From assembly GCA_963702205.1 (NCBI GenBank), contig OY969724.1, forward strand, positions 2,624,001 to 2,688,000: DNA of 64,000 nucleotides, in the 5' to 3' direction. Shown in pieces: positions 20,857 through 28,416 of the stretch. The notes under the pieces were generated by a model. The model did not search any database and was not told where the DNA came from. It worked only from the letters and a program-made list of their open reading frames with translations. Position 1 is the stretch's first letter, and the number at the start of each line of letters is the position of its first letter. Source of the DNA: an uncultured candidate division Zixibacteria bacterium (GTDB taxonomy: Bacteria; Zixibacteria; MSB-5A5; GN15; PGXB01). The position numbers and the translations under genes are program-made.

Positions 20857-21411
20857 ATGCGACGATTCCTGAGATGGTTCTTCCCGCTCGCGACGGCAGC
20901 GATAGTCTGCATGGGTTGCTATACCGTACTGGTGCATCCCGGCACGGAAGAGGATTATTCCAGCCACGACTATCAGCAGAATTGCACCGATTGTCATTCC
21001 GATTATCACGAATACCCTTATGGTTATTTCTATGGCGATTATCCCGATTACTGGTGGGATACGCCGCGTTACGGCCATTATTACGCTTATCCCTGGTGGT
21101 GGGATTATTATTGGTACACCGAGAAACCGCACCGTCAGAGCATAACCGATGGCGGTGACCAGGCCCCCGAAGTTCGCGGTGAGGCAAAAAAAATCGAGCG
21201 CCGACAGACTTTGCGTCCGCCCTATTCCGATGATATACCCACGATCAGCCGGGACGGTTACAATACCGGCGGCGGGACAACGACGGGAACAGCCGGCGGC
21301 AGCACCGGCGGTAATTCCGGGTCGACGACCGGCTCGGCCAATTCCAAAACTCAGGACAAAAAACCGGAATCGAAAAAGACACCGCGCCGTGACACCGGGA
21401 GAAAAAAATGA
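20857..21411 (+). CDS. Hypothetical lipoprotein with CxxCH motif, Tyr/Trp-rich segment and Gly/Ser/Thr-rich tail
   Basis: Lipobox-like VCMGC; CTDCH at 20983-20997; stop overlaps the next gene's ATG. Confidence 0.8.
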   Translation: MRRFLRWFFPLATAAIVCMGCYTVLVHPGTEEDYSSHDYQQNCTDCHSDYHEYPYGYFYGDYPDYWWDTPRYGHYYAYPWWWDYYWYTEKPHRQSITDGGDQAPEVRGEAKKIERRQTLRPPYSDDIPTISRDGYNTGGGTTTGTAGGSTGGNSGSTTGSANSKTQDKKPESKKTPRRDTGRKK

Positions 21412-22814
21412 TCCGGCGTCTTTGCCTTCTGATTTCCCTATGTGCTCTTATATGTACCGGTGCTTTCGCACAGGTGTCCTATATTGAAAGCGTTCAGGAA
21501 ATAACGGCCGGCAATTATGCCGGGATCGGCGCCCGCCAGATGGCTATGGGCGGGACCGGCATTATGGCCATCGACGGCACCGCCTTGTTTCACAATCCGG
21601 CCAATCTTTCACGAGTCCCCCGGATCGAATTCATGTTCGGTCTCAGCAATCAGAAATATAAAGACAATTCCTCGGTACGTCCCGACCAGCTCCTGGTCGA
21701 TACGCTGACGGGTTTTACACAGATGAACCAGGGCTACAGATTTGACGGCTTCACGCCGTTGTCCGGGACCGCCGAAGACAATAAATCGAATACGCGCATA
21801 AGTAACGCCATATTGACTATCCCCTACCCGACCTATCGGGGCTCGCTTGTCATCGGTCTGGGCGTGGCCCGTGTGGCCGATTTTGACCGGGTCTTCTCTT
21901 TCGCGCATCTCGACCGATCGGTCGACGGCGACATCAGCGCCTCCGGCGAGGAATTTCAATCCGGCTCGTTGTATCAATGGTCCGGTGGATTCGGGATGGA
22001 GCTCTCGCCCCGGGTGGCGGTTGGCGCTTCGGTTTCATTATATACCGGCACGAACAACTACGACTTCGCATACAAACTCGATTCCATCGGTTATTTATAT
22101 TTCCAAAGCGATAAGTACATAACCGATAAGTATCTCGGTGTCGGGGCGAAAATCGGGATGTCCATGCAGGTCAATTATTATTTCGCATTCGGGATTACGG
22201 TGGAATCACCGTCCATAATGGACATTAGCGAAGATTATTCACAGCGCTATACAGAAGTCGATGATGGTATTGCGCAACCTGACTATATTGAGGGTGGTTC
22301 AGTAAACTATAACCTTAAGAGGCCTTTCGTTTTTTCGTTAGGAGCACAAATCGAAAAAAACAACGCCTTGCTCGAGGGTAACGCCAGCTACACCGACTGG
22401 TCGCAAATGTCATACAGCGACAATCCCGGAATGGAGCAGGAAAACAAATATATAAAGACATTTTATCGCGACGTGCTTCGCTATAGCATCGGAGCCGAAT
22501 ATGTCATACCGTCGCTAAGTCTTTCTATTCGCGGCGGACTTTTCAGCGATCCCCTGCCCTTTAAGGATCAGTTTATCAACAACAACCGTAACGGCTATTC
22601 ATTAGGTCTTGGAGTTCTTATAGACCAGGTTCTTACGATTGACCTCGCATATGTGCACGGATCATATAGCCGAAATTCAAACTTGCTTTATGGTTTTGAT
22701 TCAATCGAAGATCCAAATAATCCGGGTCAATTCAGGGGCTATGATCATTATCTCGTCATGGATGAAGATATATCGTACAACAGAATCTATTTAACCGCGG
22801 CCAGTCGGTTCTAA
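21408..22814 (+). CDS. OmpP1/FadL-family outer membrane protein
   Basis: GIGARQMAMGG...ALFHNPANL; YTDWSQ; GAEY; IDLAY; terminal RF. Confidence 0.85.
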   Translation: MIRRLCLLISLCALICTGAFAQVSYIESVQEITAGNYAGIGARQMAMGGTGIMAIDGTALFHNPANLSRVPRIEFMFGLSNQKYKDNSSVRPDQLLVDTLTGFTQMNQGYRFDGFTPLSGTAEDNKSNTRISNAILTIPYPTYRGSLVIGLGVARVADFDRVFSFAHLDRSVDGDISASGEEFQSGSLYQWSGGFGMELSPRVAVGASVSLYTGTNNYDFAYKLDSIGYLYFQSDKYITDKYLGVGAKIGMSMQVNYYFAFGITVESPSIMDISEDYSQRYTEVDDGIAQPDYIEGGSVNYNLKRPFVFSLGAQIEKNNALLEGNASYTDWSQMSYSDNPGMEQENKYIKTFYRDVLRYSIGAEYVIPSLSLSIRGGLFSDPLPFKDQFINNNRNGYSLGLGVLIDQVLTIDLAYVHGSYSRNSNLLYGFDSIEDPNNPGQFRGYDHYLVMDEDISYNRIYLTAASRF

Positions 22815-22821
22815 ATAAATC

Positions 22822-23550
22822 CTATATCAGATCCCAGCGACCCAGGATAAATTTCACGAAATCCGCGATCTTCCTGAATGCTTTCTCCTGGAATTCTTTG
22901 GCTTTGATTGGATCGAAGTCGGGGACGCCTTCGCCTTCCTTGTAAAGCAGAATGCTCCCCGGCACCGGATAGACAAATGCGGCCGGATTAAAGGCATACA
23001 CGAGATCACCGCTGAACTGCGCCTGGTCGACCAGCTTTTCATCTATTGCCTGCACCATGGCCGTCTCGTTGTTACCGGCATGGCCGCCTTCTTCGCCATA
23101 GACTTCGCGCGTGACGTCCTCACATAGATCCCACCACTGTATCACGGCAATCTTGACGCCGCTGTCGTAGAAAAAGCCGTAGGCGACGTCTTTTAGCACT
23201 GAGTCATTGCCGCCGTGGCCGTTGAGGACGATGATCCGCTCGAATCCAACGTCGGCCAGGCTGTCGAGTATATCGCGCACGTACTGCCCGAAAGATTCCG
23301 GAGTGACCGTTATCGACCCGGGGTAACCATAGAGCGACTTGGTTACGCCGTAATTCACCGTCGGGGCAATCAGGGCATCGATCTGATCCGCGACGTAATC
23401 CGCAATCGATTCCGGGATAAAATTATCGGTTCCGATGGCCGCCGCTCCGTGCGCTTCGACCGTACCGATCGGAAGGATTACGGTCCGGGTGCCGCCTTCC
23501 AGTGCGGCCCGCACCTGCATCCAGGTCAATTCCTGTAATTTTTTACTCAT
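22822..23550 (-). CDS. Creatininase-family amidohydrolase
   Basis: LPIGTVEAHG...GTD, NGHGGN, HAGNNET. Confidence 0.93.
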   Translation of the reverse strand: MSKKLQELTWMQVRAALEGGTRTVILPIGTVEAHGAAAIGTDNFIPESIADYVADQIDALIAPTVNYGVTKSLYGYPGSITVTPESFGQYVRDILDSLADVGFERIIVLNGHGGNDSVLKDVAYGFFYDSGVKIAVIQWWDLCEDVTREVYGEEGGHAGNNETAMVQAIDEKLVDQAQFSGDLVYAFNPAAFVYPVPGSILLYKEGEGVPDFDPIKAKEFQEKAFRKIADFVKFILGRWDLI

Positions 23551-23552
23551 AA

Positions 23553-24302
23553 CTAAATATGCCTGTTTAAAATTCGTTCAAGGACTTTTTCCGTTTCGCG
23601 GGCCTTGTCTTCGTCACCTTCCAGACGATATTGATTTATGTCCCTTACGAGAAATTCGAGGTCCTCCGGATGCTCGACGGCGTACCACATTTCCATCTCG
23701 GACCATGACAGCCCCTTTTCATTGAATTCTTCCGCCACTTCGGAATAAATTCGTGGCGAGCGCCAGTCGAAATCGGCCAGGTTCACATGATACTCACCCG
23801 ACATCCCGATCAGGTAATACCGTCCCTCAACCGTCGGGCCGAAGACGGCGTCCGATTTTTTCAAAAGCTTCAGGGCCAGCTTGAGCATTTTTCCGTTTAA
23901 GGTGGGCGTCCGCGAACCGATGAAAATAACGTGTTTGTAGCCATCGTCGAAACACTCGCGGAAAACGACGTCCATTTTCAGCCCCCACCGCTCGGGCTCC
24001 AGCTTCCGCACTTTGAGCCTGTCCTCCAGTGCTTTTGCCTTATTGCCCGAAAACCGTCCGGCCAGGTAGTGCATAATGGTTTCGACCGATTTGCGAGTGT
24101 GGGGATAATCGGCATAGTACATATAAAAATCGGGGCCGGGAATATCGAGGATATTATTGATGGTATCGGCGATGAAGGCCTGATGCAAAAACGACAAGGC
24201 CTCAAGTGAAAATTCGTCGCCGAGGCTCAGCTCCGAACCGTCTTCGGTAATCTCCTGGATACAAATCGCCAGCGCCGTATCATTTTTCTTTTTGGTCGGC
24301 AT
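23553..24302 (-). CDS. DUF2064 / CofC-like glycosyltransferase-A family protein (divergent)
   Basis: VIFIGSRTPTL...DAVFGPTVEGRYYLIGM...W...WYAVEHPEDL resembles IGxDxP...LGPAxDGGYYLIG...WYDVDxxEDL. Confidence 0.75.
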   Translation of the reverse strand: MPTKKKNDTALAICIQEITEDGSELSLGDEFSLEALSFLHQAFIADTINNILDIPGPDFYMYYADYPHTRKSVETIMHYLAGRFSGNKAKALEDRLKVRKLEPERWGLKMDVVFRECFDDGYKHVIFIGSRTPTLNGKMLKLALKLLKKSDAVFGPTVEGRYYLIGMSGEYHVNLADFDWRSPRIYSEVAEEFNEKGLSWSEMEMWYAVEHPEDLEFLVRDINQYRLEGDEDKARETEKVLERILNRHI

Positions 24303-24338
24303 TTACTGTTCCATAAAGTATGGCTGTTTATTCGCCCC

Positions 24339-24367
24339 AATATAAAAAAGGCCGGGACAGCCGTCAA
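24339..24367 (-). promoter_or_regulatory. Candidate sigma70 promoter for the DUF2064-creatininase pair
   Basis: TTGACG-N17-TATATT on the minus strand. Confidence 0.55.
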
Positions 24368-24399
24368 CCGTGTGCCATTAATTTTTAAGAAATTTAATA

Positions 24400-25140
24400 T
24401 CAGCCGATCGATTCAAGTCCGGGAAACATTTCCAGAAGTTTGTTGGCGAGAATATTCAGAAGATTGAAAAAGATCAGCACCCCGATAATCATCAGCAATA
24501 CGCCGGAAATAATCTCCACGGCCCGGAAATGTCTTTTGATGAATCCGAAGAAACCGATCAGGTAATTAAATAGCAAAGCCGTCAAAATGAAAGGTATTCC
24601 CAGTCCGGCGGAGTAAAACGCCAAAAGTATTATTCCCTTGCCGACCGTCCCCTGGCTGGCCGCGACAGTCAGAATCGATCCCAGAATCGGGCCAATACAG
24701 GGCGTCCAGCCGAAGGCGAATGCCATTCCGATCAAGATCGATCCGATGACGCCGAATTTCTTCTGCCCGGCGTGAATGCGTTTTTCATAGTTCAACGCCC
24801 GGATTTTAAAAACACCGGCCACGTGCAGGCCGAACAGGAATATCAGCACCCCGCCGATTTTGTTGAACAGGATGATATTGTCGCGCAGCCATCCGCCGAC
24901 GAAGGAAGCCGACGCACCCAGAGCTATAAAGACCAGTGAAAAGCCGACCACGAAAAAGATCGTGTTGATCGCGACCCGGGCGAGGTGGGCCGACGCCTTT
25001 TCTTTATCGGTCAGTTCTTCGAGCGATACCCCGGAAATGAACGATATATAACCGGGTATTAACGGGAGAACACACGGCGAGACGAAAGACAGGGCTCCGG
25101 CCAAAAAGGCGCTGAAATATCCGACGGTTGCTTCAAACAT
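24400..25140 (-). CDS. ccdA: Cytochrome c biogenesis / thiol-disulfide transporter CcdA
   Basis: AGALSFVSPCVLPLIP and FAFGWTPCIGPILGSIL; multiple TM helices. Confidence 0.95.
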   Translation of the reverse strand: MFEATVGYFSAFLAGALSFVSPCVLPLIPGYISFISGVSLEELTDKEKASAHLARVAINTIFFVVGFSLVFIALGASASFVGGWLRDNIILFNKIGGVLIFLFGLHVAGVFKIRALNYEKRIHAGQKKFGVIGSILIGMAFAFGWTPCIGPILGSILTVAASQGTVGKGIILLAFYSAGLGIPFILTALLFNYLIGFFGFIKRHFRAVEIISGVLLMIIGVLIFFNLLNILANKLLEMFPGLESIG

Positions 25141-25204
25141 GACGGTCCTTTACGGTTTCTTTTATTATACCGGAATAAATCAGGAATGGGCGCGAAGGCA
25201 AGTA

Positions 25205-26500
25205 TTATTTTTTGGCTTCGAGAATATGCGGCAGTTCTTCCCTGAGAATTTCGTAGATTTCTTCGCGATCTATTTTATCGACAATGTTTTTGGCCAGGCG
25301 CTCCGCCAGCAGTTCGACCAGATATGTACATATCCGGCGAATTTCCTCAGGGTCTATGGCGGTTTGCGTATCGGCCACGGCAGTCGCGGTTTTTCCGTCT
25401 GACGTCCCCGAGGTGTCCTGCTTGCGAACCGGGTGCACGGGTTCGGAGCTTATATTTTCAAGTTCCGATTCGAATTGCCTCTTTATTTTGCCCTCGGCAG
25501 ATTTGGCCGACTGCCTGTCGCTATCGGTAGATATCTGCTGCATTTCTTTTTTGAAATCGGATATGAACTGGTCGACCCCGCCGGATGTGGATTTTGTTTG
25601 ATCCTGACCGGATTTGCCAGTTTCTATGGGCTCAAGAGTATCTCTCGTTTGAGTGAGTTTCAGATTTGGATCGGTGTCATTGTGGGGCTTTTTCGCCGGG
25701 GCCTTTTTTTCCGCCCCGTCTTCTTTCATTTCGTTTAAAAACCAGTCATAATCATGATCGGCATTTTCAGGCTCAGCCGCCTCCGGCTCTTCACTCGGGG
25801 CAGTCATGCCGTACTGATCGTTATCGATTTGTATCTTGGTCGATTCGGCCATGGAGTCCGCCTTGCCTTTGCCCTGTTGTTCTTCACGAATCAATAACGA
25901 TTCGACTTTGCCGCTGTCCGAGACATTTTCCTTGTCGCCGTTGGTGTGCTGCACGATATCAAAAGCATCCTTACCGGCCGCTTTGGCCGCCTTGTTCGGA
26001 TTGCGCGAAGTCCAGGTCTGGTTCATAACTTCGGATTCTTCGACCTCGATCTCGTCGATACCGAGAGCGGCGTCCAGAAGTTCATCGTCAACCGCCCCCT
26101 CTCCGAAAGGACTGGATTCGGTGACTTTCTCGGCCGGACGGGTATCTCTTGTGCCAACGAAAGTGGATACTTTGTCCAAAAAATCATTCGGTTCAAAAGG
26201 ACGGGAAAGCACGACTTCTGGCGGATACGGCACCTGATTGCCGTTCGGGTCTTCAATCAATAAAAGCGGGATACTGGACGTGGCTTTATTGTCGCCCAGA
26301 GAATCATAGAGGTAGTTATTGTCGTTGTCGCGAATATCGGCGCCTATAATAACGAGATTGGGTTGTTCTGAGATTATCAATGCCTTGGCCTTGTCACCGG
26401 CCGAACAGCTTATGACATCGAAACCGTTTTGGTGCAAAATAGATTCGGCAATATTGCGAATGGCATCTGATTGTTCAGCGATCAGGACTTTTTTCCGCAT
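25205..26500 (-). CDS. Atypical receiver-domain protein with long acidic linker and helical C-terminus (RomR-like architecture)
   Basis: REC fold KKVLIAEQS...PNLVIIG...IPLLLI...RPF, lacking the phospho-Asp and conserved Lys; C-terminal EIYEILREELPHIL. Confidence 0.7.
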   Translation of the reverse strand: MRKKVLIAEQSDAIRNIAESILHQNGFDVISCSAGDKAKALIISEQPNLVIIGADIRDNDNNYLYDSLGDNKATSSIPLLLIEDPNGNQVPYPPEVVLSRPFEPNDFLDKVSTFVGTRDTRPAEKVTESSPFGEGAVDDELLDAALGIDEIEVEESEVMNQTWTSRNPNKAAKAAGKDAFDIVQHTNGDKENVSDSGKVESLLIREEQQGKGKADSMAESTKIQIDNDQYGMTAPSEEPEAAEPENADHDYDWFLNEMKEDGAEKKAPAKKPHNDTDPNLKLTQTRDTLEPIETGKSGQDQTKSTSGGVDQFISDFKKEMQQISTDSDRQSAKSAEGKIKRQFESELENISSEPVHPVRKQDTSGTSDGKTATAVADTQTAIDPEEIRRICTYLVELLAERLAKNIVDKIDREEIYEILREELPHILEAKK

Positions 26501-26514
26501 TACGTACCTTCCGG

Positions 26515-27333
26515 CTATTTATCTTCCCCGGATAAAATCTGGCTGGCGCTTTCGAGAAATTTGCGATCTTCCCTGGAAATATTCTCGATACCAACCTCAT
26601 TTATCTTATCCAGGATAGCATCGACCCTTTTCATTATATCTTCGGCTTTTTGACGCCGTTTCTCCAGTTTAGCGGATTTTCTTCTGAACCGCAAGGATTT
26701 AATCCACTGGGGAACGGCCGTAAGCCGCCAGTCGAGCTTAAGATATGCCAGACCCGTCACGGCCCCGCCCAGATGAGCCAGGTTGGCCACGTGGGGACCG
26801 GAAACGAGGAACATTAATGCGGCAAAGAACGGAATGGCATAGCGGACTTTCATCGGAATGATAAAGAAGGCCAGCAGATAGCGCTCGGGAAACATCAGCC
26901 AGTAAGCGGCGAGGACGCCGTAAATCGCCCCCGAGGCGCCGACTATCGTGGCCGCAGAACTGTAATTGAAAATGAGCGAAAACACCGCTCCGCCAAGTCC
27001 GCAATATATGTAATATTTAAGGAAACTCCTCGAGCCCCATTGAAATTCTATTTCGGTGCCGAACATCCACAGGAAGAGCATATTCATGATCAGATGCATG
27101 AACCCGCCGTGGAGGAACATATAGGTCAAAGGCTGAAACAGGTAGTTCGGGAAGTCTTTGTAGAACAGGTACGGATTCAGGCCGAAAAGAGCGGTTATGG
27201 TATTCGATCCATAAAGCTGCCCGAGCAATACCACGGAATTGATGATTATCAAATATTTGATAACCGGGCTGATTGCCCCCGGGCCGATTCTTACCGAACC
27301 CATCCCGCCTGAAAATCCTTTATTAAACCTCAT
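26515..27333 (-). CDS. Rhomboid-family intramembrane serine protease
   Basis: TYMFLHGG.MHLIMNM, VGASGAIYG, AHLGG; C-terminal VDAILDKINEVG extension. Confidence 0.95.
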   Translation of the reverse strand: MRFNKGFSGGMGSVRIGPGAISPVIKYLIIINSVVLLGQLYGSNTITALFGLNPYLFYKDFPNYLFQPLTYMFLHGGFMHLIMNMLFLWMFGTEIEFQWGSRSFLKYYIYCGLGGAVFSLIFNYSSAATIVGASGAIYGVLAAYWLMFPERYLLAFFIIPMKVRYAIPFFAALMFLVSGPHVANLAHLGGAVTGLAYLKLDWRLTAVPQWIKSLRFRRKSAKLEKRRQKAEDIMKRVDAILDKINEVGIENISREDRKFLESASQILSGEDK

Positions 27334-27377
27334 TTTTCAACCTATCGGCACATTATAAGAACGTCTTTATGGCTCAT

Positions 27378-27405
27378 AATTTATACGCTGATGACAGTAT
27401 GTCAA
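27378..27405 (-). promoter_or_regulatory. Candidate sigma70 promoter for rhomboid
   Basis: TTGACA (27405-27400), 16 nt, TAAATT; TGACA-GTA-TGTCA dyad overlaps the -35. Confidence 0.4.
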
Positions 27406-27430
27406 CCCGCAGAAAGAAGTAAAAATCGCT

Positions 27431-27592
27431 TTATGTAGTATCTTTGGGGGCTTTTTTTTCATTGGCGTCCAACTGGGCGTCGCAGGGCTCGCTTATTCAC
27501 GTCTTTACCCCCAGTTTCGGAAGCACGAATCGCAACAGGGCATACCATACGACAAGGAAAATGAGCAGGAATAATATATCATAAAAATCCAT
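27431..27592 (-). CDS. Small single-TM protein, candidate selenoprotein (in-frame UGA at codon 32); absent from the ORF track
   Basis: MDFYDILFLLIFLVVWYALLRFVLPKLGVKT-(UGA)-ISEPCDAQLDANEKKAPKDTT-UAA; RBS AAAGGA 8 nt before ATG; SECIS-like hairpin after the UGA. Confidence 0.7.
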
Positions 27593-27604
27593 CGGATTCA
27601 TCCT

Positions 27605-28045
27605 TTAGCCAAACAATCGGTGGTGCTCCTTGAAAATACAGCGGTCCATTACCATAATCAACCCGGCTTTTTCGCCGGCCGCGAAGGCGTCAAAAGATAT
27701 AACCGATTCCTGCAGCCATACCGCCGACGCCCCTATCTCCACCGCCTCTTTGACAATATCCGGCGCAGCATCGGGCTTGCGGAAGACGTCGACAATATCA
27801 ACTTTTTCGGGAATGGACTTCAGGTCGGGATAAGCCCTCTGACTCATGATTTCTTTTTCTTTCGGATTGACGGGTATGACGTTATACCCGATGGAAAGTA
27901 AATATTCGGAGACGCCGTGCGACGGACGATCGGGATTGGAGGACATTCCCACGACGGCAATAGTCCGTGATTGATCCAACAACTTCTTTATTACCCCGTC
28001 ATCGGGATTTTTCCACCCTCCCCCGACGCCATCATAAACCGGCAT
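27605..28045 (-). CDS. CoA-binding protein (YccU-like)
   Basis: TIAVVGMSSNPDRPS, VIPVNP, VDIVDVFR, VWLQ, VMDRC. Confidence 0.93.
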   Translation of the reverse strand: MPVYDGVGGGWKNPDDGVIKKLLDQSRTIAVVGMSSNPDRPSHGVSEYLLSIGYNVIPVNPKEKEIMSQRAYPDLKSIPEKVDIVDVFRKPDAAPDIVKEAVEIGASAVWLQESVISFDAFAAGEKAGLIMVMDRCIFKEHHRLFG

Positions 28046-28047
28046 AA

Positions 28048-28374
28048 TTAACCCAAAACTTTTGACAGTCGGTCGACCAGCTGAGCTTTCGGTATGGCTC
28101 CGATAACCTGATCCACCAGCTTGCCCTGTTTGAAAAACAGCAAAGACGGAATCGACATAATTCCGAACTGAGCCGCAATTTTCTGGTTATTGTCAACGTC
28201 CACTTTGGCGACTTTTAGCTTGCCGTCATATTCGGTGGCAACTTCTTCCAATATGGGAGCTATCATTTTGCACGGACCGCACCAGGTGGCCCAGAAATCT
28301 ACTACAACCGGAATATCAGCCTTGACTACTTCGCTATCAAAGGTGTCGTCCGTTACTGCAACAGGCTTACTCAT
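28048..28374 (-). CDS. trxA: Thioredoxin
   Basis: VDFWATWCGPCKMIAP; cis-Pro motif SIPSL. Confidence 0.97.
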   Translation of the reverse strand: MSKPVAVTDDTFDSEVVKADIPVVVDFWATWCGPCKMIAPILEEVATEYDGKLKVAKVDVDNNQKIAAQFGIMSIPSLLFFKQGKLVDQVIGAIPKAQLVDRLSKVLG

Positions 28375-28416
28375 CAGTTTTCTCCTGCATGTTAAAGTTC
28401 ATCGAATGATTAAACG

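Noticed and set aside
21259..21345. GC-rich quasi-repeats in the lipoprotein tail
   Set aside because: Explained by Gly/Thr/Ser low-complexity coding, not a DNA repeat element
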